Below are positions 36,831 to 50,435 of a DNA stretch of 64,000 nucleotides, in pieces. Origin of the DNA: Mobula hypostoma (Eukaryota); NCBI RefSeq assembly GCF_963921235.1, contig NC_086110.1, forward strand, positions 13,578,001 to 13,642,000. Reading direction: 5' to 3'. Under the pieces are notes generated by a model. It ran no database searches. It was not told where the DNA came from and worked only from the letters and a program-made list of their open reading frames with translations. A program made the position numbers and the translations under genes. Within the stretch, counting starts at the first letter, position 1. The number at the start of each line of letters is the position of its first letter.

Positions 36831-37114
36831 GGATGTGGAGTTTGAATTTGGGTTTCCAGAAACAGAATCCTTGCACATATTCCTAGCATTCCATATTCAA
36901 TAGTCAGCAAGCTGAACCGTTACTCTATTTACTTATCTATTTTGATAGGCCACTTAATATTCATTGAATATAGAATTTTAATCTCGGTTTCTGACTCTAC
37001 CGTAATCCATAAAGCTCCTGATCTCCGAAGGTTTACATGATCCGCGAGTTAAGTACGCCATTTGTGAGAACATTCATTTGCTGAGGCACATAGCGTGAAA
37101 CGATGGTTGGGTTG
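36831..37114 (-). pseudogene. Heavily decayed VJ exon of paralogue 2
   Basis: Across frameshifts: VPQQMNVLTNG, SCK, ALWI, VQLADY*I..C, FCFWKPKFKLHI, ending at a phase-1 GTGAGT donor; compare ADSGIYYC..SFWNGSGSKLTV in the intact V. Confidence 0.5.
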
Positions 37115-38449
37115 CTAGATACAGATTACGGAGGGCGATAAACAGAAACACCACGGCTATCAGTGCTGGAATCTAACAAATAAAGGAAAGGGATAATGGG
37201 ATCCATTAGAGGAGAAGTGAAAACCAGATGAAACCAGGAGCAGATGGGGATGGGGAAGACTTTATGTGAAATATGTGTGTCGAATGGATGGAACTAGGAG
37301 GGGGCGATAACGAAAACGAGTACGTAGACACTGAGGTAAGAAAGTGTTAATAGCAATTAACCTTCAACAGCAAACACGGTGTGTAATTTTGTGGTTTGTA
37401 GAATATATAGGTGGAATATGAAGCGAGATATAAGCCACAGAATGGTAACCTTCATTGAAAAGGACTTGGTGTATGACCAGAGAGACATGTTGCAGCATGA
37501 TACAATGAATTGGCTAAGCCACACATACAAACTGTTTTGAAAATTTTCTTGGAAGGAGTACAGCGAAGTCTCTCTAAATTGGGTCAAGCAGCATCTATGT
37601 AGCGAAGTGGAAGGTCGACTTTTCTGGACTAGACTCGATCAGGACTGAAAGGAAAGAGGAGAGTTAGTATTATAAGGTCATCAAATAGCTGGAGCAAGAG
37701 TTGGAGATTAATAGCTGTATCCAGGTGAGGAAGTGACAGCCAGTAAAAGGGGCGAGATTTAGTGTGATCCATGAGGCTGATAGTGATAGATGGAAGCAAC
37801 AAAGACTAAAGAAGTCAGACGACTTCAGCAGTGAAGAATTCCATTCTTTTACACCCGTGAACAAACAACTCTTGATCATGTGATATATTGCAGGTGTATA
37901 CCGCATTTCATAAATTCCCCCGCGTCAGCGGGCCACTTACAAATATTTAGAATGCTATTTGCACGTATACTCCAAGATCAGGAGCTTCGAACGGTAGAAT
38001 GCACAATATTGACTATTCTAAGCAGTTTACAGAAGACCATAAAACTTCGTTTTTTTTTTCACCTCTCTCCTAAATCGCTATGATCGTCATTTTTTCTTCA
38101 TTCGTTCCTCTGCATACTCACAAATAGCAGGAAAGCTTCATAGCACGAAGATCCTCCTCATCGATCATGGCCGATGCAATCACATTCTCAGGCGACGCTT
38201 TCTTTTTCATCTGATGCTCATATCGGTATTGTGAAATTCCTCCATTACTTTGTGTGTATTGCTTTGATTTCCAGCATCTGCAGATTTTCTCTTGTTCAGA
38301 TCGGTATTAGTCAGCTTTACATTGTTTTCGAAAATTCTCCAGCGAGTTATTGTTATGAGTTTGGTCTTGTAAGTTAACAGTCTGGATCAATGACGAAAAT
38401 CATTTCTTCAAATTATTACTTACGATAGGTTCAAAAAACTAGGTAATGT

Positions 38450-40120
38450 TCAATAACTAGAAGATTATGAGGCTAGCAGGAAGGAGTTTAGGAATCAAAT
38501 TAGGAGAGGCAGAAGGGGCCATGAGAAGGCCTTGGCAAGCAGGGTTAAAGAAAATCCCAAGGCATTCTACAAGTATGTGAAGAGCAAGAGGATAAGACGT
38601 CAGAGAATAGAACTAAACAAGTTTGACAATAGAAAAGTGTGTATGGAACTGGAGGAGAAAGCAAAGGTAGTTAATGAATACTTTGCTTCGGAAAAGTACC
38701 ATGCCGATTGTGGGGATGACTTCAGCGGATTGAAAGGCTTGAGCATATAGTCATTAAGAAAAAGGATGTGCTGGAGCTTTTGGAAAGTGTCAGGTCTCCG
38801 GAACTGGCCGAGAGTCACTCCAGGATACTGTGGGGGGCGAGGGAGGAGATTGATGAGCCTCTGGCAATGACCTTTGGATCATCAGTCGGGACGGGAGAGA
38901 CTCCAGAGGATTGGAGGGTTGTAGATGTTGTTCCATTATTCAAGGAAGGGAGTAGACCAGTCAATCTTACTTCTGTGGTTGGTAAATTGATGGAAAAGAT
39001 TCTGAGAGGCAGGATTTATGAACATCTGGAGAGGCACAATATGATTAGCAATAGTCAACATGGCTTTCTCAAACGCAGTTCGTGCTTCACGAGCCTGATT
39101 TAATTTTTTGGAGGATGTGACTAAACACGTTGATGAACGCAGATTAGTAGATGTAGCGTACATGAATTTCAGAAAAGCATTTGATAAGGTATCTCATGCG
39201 AGGCTTATTGAGAAAGTGAGAAGGCATGGGATCCAAGGGACCTTGCTTTGTCGCTCCAGAACTGGCTTGCCCACAGAAGGCAGAGTAGATGTAGACGGGT
39301 CATACTCTGCATGAAGGTCTGTGACCAGTGCTGTGCCTCAGGGATCTATTCTGCGTCCCCGTCTCTTCGTAATTTTTGTAAATGACCTGGATGAGGAAGT
39401 GGAGGGATGGGTTAAAAAATTTGCTGATGATACCAAGGTCGGAGGTATTGTCGATAGTGTTGAGGGCTATCAGAGGTTAGAGCAGGACATCGATATGGTT
39501 AAAAAAAAAACTGGGCTGAGAAGTTCCAGATGGAGTTCAAAACAGATAAGTCTGAGGTGATTCATTTTGGAAGGTCAAATATGAAGGCAGAATAAAGTAT
39601 TAATGTCAGGCTCTTGGCAGTGCGGGATATCACTGTAATCTTGGGGTGCGAGTCTATTGGACACTCAAAGGTGCTCCGCAGGTTGACTCTGTTCATAAGA
39701 AGGCGTATGGTGTATTGACCGTCATAAACCATGGAATTGAGTTTAAGAGCCGAAAGGTAATGTTACAACTTTATTCAACCCTTGTCAGACCCCACTTGGA
39801 GTACTGTGCTCTGTTCTGGTCATCTCACTACATGCGAGGAAGAATGTGGAAACTATAGAAAGGTTGCAGAGGAGATTTACAAGGATGTTGCCTAGATTGG
39901 GGAGCATGCCTTATGAGAATAGGTTGAGTGAATTCGTCCTTTTCTCCTTAGAGCGGCGGAGAATGAGAGGTGACCTGAATGAGGTGTATAAGATGATGAG
40001 AGGCATTGATCATGTAGATAGTCAGAGGCTTTTTCCTAGGCCTGAAATGACTCGAGAGGGCACAGTTTTAAGTGTCTGGACGTAGGTACAGAGGAGATGT
40101 CAGCGGTATTTTTTTTTTAC
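38450..40120 (+). mobile_element. CR1 LINE RT region, decayed
   Basis: ORFs 38532-40085 with QHGF, FRKAFDKV, KKFADDTK, RPHLEYC, LERRRMRGD. Confidence 0.9.
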
Positions 40121-40274
40121 GTGTAACGCTCAGTTATATTGGCTGGTATATGTCTAGCGGAAATCCCGTCCAGCACCTGCCTGAACGCTTCCCACTGAGT
40201 CGGTTGCTGCACCAATAACGCCGAATCAATCCCAAACATCACTCATCAGCCAGCACACACAGTACGTGTGTATG

Positions 40275-43200
40275 AGAAAGACTTGTCCTTATCGAGGAAG
40301 GAATTTACAGAGGAGCAAAATAAAGATCCTGAAATTGTGGCTTTAAAAGAGACAGGTGTCTCTGAGGATGAAGTTCAGAATTAGTCAGTAGGATACTACC
40401 TAAAGGCTGGGGTGATACTGAGGAAGTTGAGATCAGCCACTGTGCCTGCATGTGAGGATTGGGCTGTTGAACATAAAGTAGTGGTTCCAAAAAGTTTGCA
40501 GGGCTGAAATGTTAAACTTGGCTCACGGTATGCCTTTAGGTAGACAGTATGCCTTTAGTAAAGAAGACAGTTCACAGCATAATGAAGGAATTCTATTGAC
40601 CTAATTTAAGAAGGGATGTTGTGAATTATTGCAGTGGTTGCCATACCTGCCAGGGTGTGGGGAAACCTAATCAGGTTATTCATGTAGCACCTATTAAATT
40701 GATACCTGTTTTTGGTGAACCTTTTTCCAGGGTCATAGTGGATTGTGTAGGCCCACTACCAAAGACTGCAGCTGGTCATCAGTATTTGTTAACAATTATG
40801 TGTGCTGCACCTAGGTTTCCTGAAGCCGTGCCTCTCAGAAGCATCCAGGCCAAGACTGTGGTAAGACATTCATGAAGTTTTTCATACTGGTAGGTCTGCC
40901 GAAGGAAATTCAATCTGACCAGGGTAGTAACTTTACTTCGGGAACATTCCAGCTCATAATTTATGAACTGGGGCCTAAACAAATTGTGTCATCTGCCTAC
41001 CACGCAGCGTCTCAAGGTGCTTTGGAGCGATTTCATTCTACTTTAAAGACCATGATTAAAACCTACTGTCATGAGAATGACAGGGACTGGGATGAAGGGA
41101 TACACTTATTACTTTTTGGCGTGCCCATTCAAGAATCCCTGGGGTTTATTCCATTCGAGCTCATTTTCGGCCATAGGCCCAAAGGATCTTTGAACTAGAA
41201 GTGTCTAACCCAGAAGTGTTTGTCAGTGTGTTAGATTATGTTTTGAAATTCCAGAAAAGACTTAACAAGGCTTGTGACCTTGCAAAACAGAATTTACAAA
41301 ACTCCCAAATTAAAATGAAGCAGTGGTATGATAAAAGAACGAGGGAACAGGTGCTCGAGGTTGGAGATAAAGTATTGGTCTTGCTCCCCCTGTTGACCAA
41401 CCCCGTCCAAGCGCAAATTCATGGACCATGTGAAATAATTAAGAAAATTGATTCTTTGAATTATGTTATTCAAACTCCTGACAGGAGAAAGGCTACCCAA
41501 TTAGTGCATGTACATATGGTGAAGCCTTATTATGACTCTGAGATGGTACCAGGAAGTACTGTTATGAAAACAAATGTAGTAATGAGGTGCAAGATCATTT
41601 TAACAAGCTGAATATCATAACAACCAGACATGAGAATTACAATATTCTGACAGACCTTACTGATAAAGGCAGTCATCTGAGAAAACAATTGAAAGAATTA
41701 ATTAGCAAGCATAAGGATTTATGTTCTGACATTCCAAGACGGTATACAGCCGCAGTGCAAGACGTCATTGTAAATTCAGGGCACCCGATCAAAGAGCATC
41801 CTTACAGAGTGATTTTAGAGAAAAGTGTGTTATGTACCCTGTAACTGGGTTGCCAAACCAGCAGAAATGGACCATTTAGTTGGAGTCTGGTTTAACAGAA
41901 CTAGTAAAGCTTTATTAAAGAAATAAGTAACACAGTACTCTAATCGCAAGGATATAAATGCAACACGTTAGCAATGATAAAACACACGTGCACAGAACTA
42001 GGGTAATAGGAATCAATCAAGTTCTATTGCAGTCTAGGGGTAAAATGATCAGTCTCAAGTAACGCAGAGTTCAGTTCAGCTTAGTACAGTTCGCAGTAAT
42101 CGCTGTTCTGCCGTTGGAGAGAGAGAGAGAGAAAGATATGCAAATCTGATTCAGCAGACCTTGATGTTCTTCGCAGTTAGCTTTCGGGATAAACCTTTTA
42201 TGTCTTCCGTGGTCACCGACTGCGACCCCTCCGTTCCGGATACGACCGTTCTTCCGCGGTGAACCCGGCACCCAGGCAAGGGCGGACACACACACCACGT
42301 CCCGCCGATCGTACCTTTTCACCCTGTGCGTCTATGGTCGGTTCCCGGGACCAGACCTCCAAACTTCCACCAACTTGTGGGGGCACACCGCTTTTCCAGG
42401 GTCTCGTTATCTCGTGATCTCGTGGTGTGTCGTGCCTTAGCGAACCTGTTCTTTTTATCCCCCTGCTGGGGTATCTCCTGTCTATCAAACTTCAAACAGT
42501 TCAGGTTCAAAGCAACCGGTCTGTCAATATTCTGAAATGTGTCTCTTTCTCGTTAATTTCTCTCTCACTTCTCTCTCATTAGCATTTTGAATGTTTCTGA
42601 ACTGTCTCTCTTATCTCTCTCATTTGCATCAATCTTCAGATAACTTGGTTTGTCGTCCCACCCTTATCCTTCAAAGGATTTTTACCGGCGTAAAAATTAT
42701 AGGCATGAATGCATTATTCGATACACACTAATATACAGGGTCATCAGCTATTCGGCTAATACAGAGAACTTTAATTTGTCTACACCTTGACAAACAGTCA
42801 GCAATCATATTTTCCATTCCTTTTATATGTTTTATTTTAATATCCTCTAAGACCAGGCTCCAACTTAGCAATTTTTGTTTTTTATCCCTCATAGTGGTCA
42901 AAAACACTAATAGGTTGTGATCAGTGTAAATTCTCAGTGGTTTCCGTCCTGGACAGATATAACAAAGGTCGTCCCACACAAACTTAGCATACTTTGGCAA
43001 GAGCTTAGTAAGAGGCAGGGTAATATTCGCAAAGTTTTTGCAAAACTTCCGATAGTACCCCACCATCCCCAAGAACCTTCTCAGGGCTCTCTTGTCTGTC
43101 AGAGTGGGGACTTCAGAGATAGCCCGCACCTTAGCCTGCATCGGGGCCAGCTGCCCCTGTCTTACCACAAATCCCAGATAAGTGATCTTTCCGTGGCCGA

Positions 43201-46200
43201 ATTCACTTTTTGCGTGGTTCACTGTCAGTCTGGCTTCAAACAGCTTTTTAAACAGCTCCTCTACTGCCACAATGTGCCGCTCCCACGTGTCACTCCAGAC
43301 CACTAAATCGTCAATATACGCTTCTGCATTCTCTAACCCTTTTGTCACTGAATTAATCATCCTATAGGGATGTTGCTTACTAGGCTGACCTGATGTGACA
43401 ACAACACCATGTACCGGCTCTTTGCATCGCCTCGGGACATCCGGACATACGTGTGCGTGCTGGTTAATTAGCTTTCTCAGCGGCTCGTTCTGTTCGGGGG
43501 TTAAGTGAGAGAACTCATCAACAAAGTTGGCCAAAACAATAGAGTTCTCCCATCTGGTCGGCACCATACTTCCCTTTTCAAAATGGGTTTTCCCCTTATC
43601 AGGTGGCACCCTAGCCTCAATAATTTTCGTGATAACACCGACTAGGTCTGCTCGCCTATCGTGGCAAGCTGTTAGCACATCAATAGCCTGTAATTGTGTT
43701 AGCTCACGTCTACAATAGTCAATAGCATCCATCCTCCTGTGTGGCAAGTAAAACACTTTCATGATTCTCTCGACTATCTTCCTTACACCAAAATGTCCAC
43801 CGAGGGGTATTTTGTGGGCCAGGTTAAAAATCTCATCCCCATAAATTTTCGGTACCACCCCCCATTCCTCATCTGCGGCCACGGTAGTTGGTCTCCATTC
43901 CCTCCTTAGTACTCCCTCCTTCACATAATAGCCCACTGGCTCCCTTTTTAATTCTGCTTCGGAGAGAGCTGTCTCCGTCAAAACCATTAGCTCCTCGTCT
44001 CGTTCCTGTGCCTGTATAAATTCCTTCCTTGATAATGATAAGTCTAACTCAACTCCCTTACTTTCTTCCGTTTCACTACGCCCCTTCTTTTCACTTTCTA
44101 ACCCCTCCTGGTACAAGACTGGTAAAAACGTCTCTGCTAAATCTACATTCGCTTCGGCAGCCTTTCTGGAGATGCGCCGAGTCACTGCGCAAACGGGATA
44201 AGCCTCTGAGTCCATGGGCAGGCTGACTTGTCAGTTTTACTGCTGGGTACACCTCTCCGCCGGCGAGGTCATTACCGAGTAACATCTCCACGTCTTCCAT
44301 CGGTAGTTCGGGCCTCACCCCGATCGTGACCGGTCCGGAGACCAGGTCGCTTTTTAGGTGTATCTGGTGCAAAGGTACTGCTTCAGTCCCTTTCCCAATG
44401 CCTTTTATCACACTGACCTCCCCAGTCTCGGTCTCTGAACTAAAGTCTAAAACACTCCTTAACATCAGTGACTGACAAGCTCCAGTGTCTCTCCAGATCC
44501 GCACTGGAACTGGGTTTGACCCCTCCTTCACCGACACCAATCCGGCCGAAATAAACTTCTCGCGCCCTTCCTGAACTCTATCAGACCTCTTCTCCGCTAG
44601 CGGTTTGTTTGCCGGCTCAATACAGCCAGTCGGAGTCGTTTTCCTTTCCCCGTCTCCTTCTTTGGGGCAAAGCACCTAGACGCAAAGTGACCGGCTTTCC
44701 CACAATTATAGCATACGACCCCAGGAGACTTCCTACCAAACTGCTTCCCGTCTTCCTTATCCTTCTCACTAGTGCCTGGCTTACTTTCTGGCTTTTCCAG
44801 CGAACTCTCTCCGTCCTCTCGGCTACCCCTGTGGTAGCCTTTACTCGGGGTAAACTTCGCTGTGTGTGTCAACGCGTACTCATCCGCTAACTTAGCAGTT
44901 GCGGCTAAGGTTTCTGCCTCTTTCTCATCTAGATATGGCCTCATACCTTCAGGGACACAACCTTTAAACTGCTCAATCAGTATTAGCTGTAGCAGTCTGT
45001 CATAATCCCCACTGACCCCTTTCGAGGCGCACCAACGCTCACTATACATCTGCATCTCACGGGCTAACTCTAAATACGTGCTTCCTCGCATTCCGGAACC
45101 TCTGCCGGTATGCCTCCGGGACCAACTCGTAAGTCCTGAGTATCGCCTCTTTCACCACATCATACCTCTGGGCATCTTCTGCGGATAATGCCGAGTAAGC
45201 TTGCTGGGCTTTTCCTTTAAGTACGCTCTGAAGCAAAACAGCCCACTTCTCCCTCGGCCAGTCCTGACTTGCAGCGACCTTTTCAAAATGTAGAAAGAAC
45301 CGATCAACATCATCCTCCTCAAATGGGGGAACCAGCCTAACCTCCTGGGTCGCCCTGAACCCTCCACCTTGGTTCGGCATGGGCCCCTGTGCTAGCCTCA
45401 TCCTTAACTTCCCCAGCTCAAATTCCCTTCCCCTCTGTTTCTCCCTCTCTTCTCGTTCGAACTGCCTGTCCCTCTCTTCTCGCTCTAACTGCCAGTCCCT
45501 CTATTCTCGCTCCAGCTGTTTTACCCGGAACTCGTGCTCGAGTCTCAATTTTTCAATCTGCAGCTGTACTGCTTCTCCACCAGGTTTGCCCATAGATACC
45601 ACCACCAGCTCCCCTTGTGGAAACACACCTTTAGATACATAATGCTCTATGATAGCTCTGTGCATCTCCGCGCTCCTCATTATCGACTTCCCCTTAAAAA
45701 GATTCAACCGTTTGGCCACAGTTGCCAATTCTGAATTCCTGGCATCGTCTAATGCCTCCAAGGTTGGTGCCTTCAGAAATTCCTCAATTTCCATTTCTGC
45801 TGTTTGCCCTTTCTTTCTTTCGGGAATTTTAACCCAATCAATTTACCCATTCCCAAATTTGGTGTTCGAAATCGCGGACGAGATCCCTACTTATGTTACG
45901 TACCCCGTAACCGGGTTGGGAAAACCAGCAGAAATGGACAACTTAGTTGCAGTCTGGTTTAACAGCACTAATAAAGTTTTATTAAAAAAAAATAAGTAAC
46001 ACAGTACTCTAATCGTAAGGATATAAATGCAACAGGTTAGCAATGATAAAAAACACACATGTACACAGAACTAGGGTAATAGGAATCAATCAAGCTCTAT
46101 CGCAGTCTAGGGGTAAAATGATCAGTCTCAAGTGACGCAGACTTCAGTTCAACTTAGTACAATTCGCAGTAATCGCTGTTCTGCCGTTGGAGAGAGAGAG

Positions 46201-48753
46201 AGAGAGAACGATATGCAAATCTGATTCAGCAAACCTTGATGTTCTTCGCAGTTAGCTTTCCGGGTAATCCTTTTATGTCTTCCGTGGTCACCGACTGTGA
46301 CCCCTCCGTTCCGGACACGACCGTTCTTCCGCGGTGAACCCGGCACCCAGGCAAGGGCGGACACACACACCAGGTTCCCGCCGATCGCACCCTTTGCGTC
46401 ACCCTTTGCGTCAATGGTCGGTTCCCGCGACTAGACCTCCAAACTTCCACCAACTTGTGGGGGAACACCGCTTTTCCAGGGTCTCGTTATCTCGTGATCT
46501 CGTGGTGTCTCGTGCCTTAGCGAACTTGTTCCCCTGCTGGGGTATCGCCTGTCCATCAAACTTCAAACAGCTCAGGTTCAAAGCAACCGGTCTGTCAATA
46601 TTCTGAAATACGTCTCTTTCTCGTTAATCTCTCTCTCTCTTCTCTCTTATTAGCATTCTGAATGTTTCTCCATTGTTTCTCTTATCTCTCTCATCAGCAT
46701 CAATCTTCTGATAATTTGGTTTGTCGTCACAAGCGAAATGGTTGAACAAGAAATTTGAAACAACAAAGAACAAGGAAAGAGATTTGATGACTGTATTGCT
46801 AGATTGAGAATGGCTAAATACCTTACAAAGATTGACCTGGTAAAAGGATACTGGGATGTTCCTTTAACAGAGAGGGCTAGAGAAATATCTATACTTGTGA
46901 AACTCATATATCTGAAATGTATGAGTACCATGTATTACCCTCCAGGATGAAAAATGCTCCAGGGACATTTCAAGGAATGATCAACTCTATGATTAGAGGT
47001 CTAGAAAACACAGGGGCTTATATTGATGATTTAGCGGTCTGTAATGACACGTGGGAAGCGCATATTGCAGCAGTCGAAAAACTGATTGAAAGGCTCTCCA
47101 AGGCCAATGTTACTGTGAACCAGATAAAAGTGAGTTTGGTCATGCCACAGCTACATACCTGGGCGACGTAGTAGGCCAGAGCCAACTGGCTCCTGTACAG
47201 GCCAAGGTTCAAGCTATTGCTGAGGTTCCCGTTCCACCGGGAAAGAAAGCTTTAAGAAGGTTTTTGGGAATGGTTGGGTATTACCAAAAGTTTTGTAGGA
47301 CCTTCGCAGATATCGCTCTCCCCCTTACAAAACTCCTAGGAAAGACTGAAAGATTTGTATGTAGTGATTGCAGTGTAGTGTATGTAGGAGACATCTTAAC
47401 GTCGGATAACCATCCTGTATTATCATCCTGTGCTCAAAGCACCTGATTTTTCCAAGCCATTTTCTATAGTGACAGACGCTATTGACGAAACTTCTGGGGT
47501 AGTACTGTTACAGAGGGGTGAGGAAGACATTGAACACTCAGTAGCTTATTTCTCAAAGAAATTTAATATGCATCATAAAAATTATTCCACTGTTGATATC
47601 ACTAATTTTGGCTTTACAACATTTTGAAGTCTATGTTTCTCCTGCCCAGAAATCACTTGTGCTTTACACGGATCACAATCCGTTAGTGTTTCTAACTAAG
47701 ATGAAGGATAAGAATAGAAGGTTATTAAACTGGAGTCTGATATTGCAAGAATATGACGGGCAAATAAAACATGTGAAAGGTACTGACAACATTATTACTG
47801 ATTGTTAATCGAGATGTTAAGTTAGAAACTGTACACATTTTTGCTGTTATCTGTTGATTATACAGATATTGTTGAATTTTTGTAATCTACAGTTAATGAA
47901 AAATTTTGCCTTCGTCAAGTTTTTTATCCTAAAAGGAAGGAAGTGTAACGGGATCCTGAATAATCCCTATGAACTGTGTTTTTAAAAAAGAGAGAGCGAG
48001 AGAGGTGTCCAACACAGACACCTTGTTATTAAGAGAGAGAACGAAGTATGCTTCAGATGGTGTTATGGTTTCTCTGCAGCATGTTTATACTTCTGCCAGG
48101 ATATTGGCTGCTTCTAACTTCTTACAGACAGAGAAGAGAGGAGCTACTTGATGACCAGCTGGTGTTCAAAATGGTAAGATAAAGAGAAGGTCAGATGATA
48201 GACTTAAAGACACATGATTTTGGACGCTGGCTGAGCTTTGTTGTGCCCACAGAAAGGATGGGTTTTTGGAGTATCGATCAGGAGAATCGATCAGTGGTTC
48301 TCGCAGTGTGGAAAAGGTGTGACCGTTGGGGAGTTGTTCGTGTGTCCAACCCCGCCTGGGTTGATAATTCCACGACATAAGAACGGTCCCCTTTGTTGTG
48401 GTCGCATTCGGTGAATTCTGGAGGATTTCGGAGGACAATGGGAAGATCGACGGCATCAGGTCACTGGAAGACTCAAACCTCTCTCTCTCTCTCCAACTCT
48501 ACTCAACTCAATACCACGAACTGAAATGAACTTTACTCATCACCGTGAGACTGCATCCATTTACCCCTAGGCTTGAAGAAGTTTGTTTTTTTATATTTCC
48601 ACACTTATATTTATTGCTAACCTGTGGATTTATCTGATTTTATATTCCTGTTTTGCGGAGTTACTAATAAATACCATTAGTTGTTACCATTACCAGACTC
48701 AAAAGTGTTTTCCATTTTTGCTGGATCTTTATCCCGTCACGGCGTACGTGACA
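40275..48753 (+). mobile_element. Gmr1-type LTR element C (5'-truncated; integrase, RT, RNase H, 3' LTR), split by element B
   Basis: Integrase 40500-41600 (CHTCQ, VDCVGPLP, IQSDQGSNF, ERFHSTLK) precedes RT (HPYR at about 41800; KIDLVKGY, AYIDDL after 46732) and RNase H (47430-47808); PPT aaaaggaagggaag, then 3' LTR 47944-48753 (TGTAACG...CGTGACA). Confidence 0.9.
41828..46731 (-). mobile_element. Gmr1-type LTR element B, both LTRs present, internally deleted, nested in element C
   Basis: LTRs 45894-46731 and 41828-42660; PBS-like TAAGTAGGGATCTCGTCCGCGAT; PPT GAAGGATAAGGG; 4-bp TSD agtg/agcg; gag with YELVPEAYRQRFR and CYNCGKAGHFASRC; protease WRDTGA; pol remnant 42728-44215. Confidence 0.93.
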
Positions 48754-48879
48754 GGGGCTATTCATCCCTCGAGCACAGGTGGTTGTGCGACAACCATACA
48801 TAGGTAATGTCAGGAAGGGCTCTCTAGATTACAGTCTTTTACCCAGAATTGGTTAACTGACAATGAGAATACTTCGATT

Positions 48880-50435
48880 CCAGGCGATAGAGAAAATATT
48901 CAAAAGGAGTCTCGGGAAAGTTTTTCAACAAAAGAGGCTTGTAAATGCTGTCAGAGCGGGCAGCGAATTGAGTGGCAGCAGAGTTTAGTGCTTTGGCTTC
49001 AACAGGCTTCGGCGGTAACGGGAAGAGGCGAGAGCGAAGCACCAGCTCTTTTTTTTCCACCTTGGCAAATCGGCCCTGACAGAAAAGACCAGCAGAGCTT
49101 ACGCAGCGAACGGTAGGAGCTAACAGTTTAAAAAGTACGTCAGTTTGGCGAGGTAAGTGGGTGAGTAGACTTTTTTTCCTGTTTCATTCCTGTAGAATTA
49201 GATCGTATGCCTGCAGAGTTAGTGCTTTGTTTACGGTGTCAGATGTGGGAATCCTGGGAGACCTCCTGCCTCCCTGATGGCCACATCTGCGCCAGGTGCA
49301 CCGAGATGAAACTCCTCAGAGACCGTGTTAGGGATCTGGAGCTGCAGCTTGATGACCTACTGCTTATCAGGGAAAGTAAAGAGGTGATAGACAGGAGCTA
49401 CAGGGAGGTAGTCATCCCTAGGCTACAGGGGTCAGAAAACTGGGTGACTGTCAGGAGAGGGAAGGAAAATGCCCGGATAGTGGAGAGCACATCTGTGGCT
49501 GTCCCCCTCAGCAACAAATATCTTGTTCTGGATGCTGTTGACCGGGATGACCTTACAGGGGACGCCCACTGTGACCTGTTCTCTGGCACTGAGCCTGGTG
49601 CTGTTGTGCAGGAGGGAAGGAGGGAGAAGAGGAATGCGGTAGTCATAGGAGATTCCATAGTCAGGGGAACAGACAAGAGGTTCTGTGAGCCTGATAAAGA
49701 TACCCTCTTGGTGTGTTGCCTCCCAGGTACCAGGGTACGGGATGTCTCGGATTGGGTCCAGAATATTCTGAACAGAGGGGGCGAGCAGACAGTTGTCTTG
49801 GTACATGCTGGTACCAATGACATAGATAGGAGAAGGGAGGAGGTCCTGAAGAGAGCTTTCCGGGAGTGAGGAAGGAAGCTGAAAAGCAGGACCTCCAGGG
49901 TGGTAATCTCGGGATTGCTACCTGTGCCACGTGCTAGTGAGGGAAAGAACCGTAGGATCAGGCAGATGAATGCGTGGCTGAGAGACTGGTGCAGGGGGCA
50001 GGGCTTCAGATTCTTGGATCATTCGGACATCTTCTGGGGAAATTATGACCTGTTCAAAATGGACAAGTTACACCTGAACCAGAAGCGCACCAATATCCTG
50101 GCGGGAAGGTTTACTAGAGCTGTTAGGGAGGGATTAAATGAATTTGGTATGGGTATGGAAACTGGAATGATAGATCGGAGAAAGGGGAAAACAGAAATAA
50201 ATCTAAGATAGCGAGCAGTGAAGATGTCAGGAAAGACAGGCAGGTGATGGGGCAAATTTATAGCCATTGGAATGAGTTGCAGCGCAATAAAGCTTCACTG
50301 AAATCAAAGCAAAAAGTACCAAATACTGGTCTTATGGTGTTGTGCTTAAGTGCAGGCAGCATAAGGAAAAAGGTGGATGATCTTGTCGTACAGCTGCAGA
50401 TTGGCAGGTATGATATTGTGGCCATCACTGAGACC
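48880..50435 (+). mobile_element. CR1 LINE 5' part: 5' UTR, ORF1 (zinc finger plus SGNH esterase), start of ORF2
   Basis: ORF 49207-49869 (CLRCQMW..C..C, VIGDSIVRG, HAGTNDI) frameshifts into 49900-50211 (DKLHLN); YDIVAITET at about 50410. Confidence 0.92.

Noticed and set aside
37600-37660. Third hammerhead-like Penelope motif (minus strand)
   Set aside because: Core and stem II are degenerate (CTGATCGA...GAAAGTC); at most a decayed PLE end
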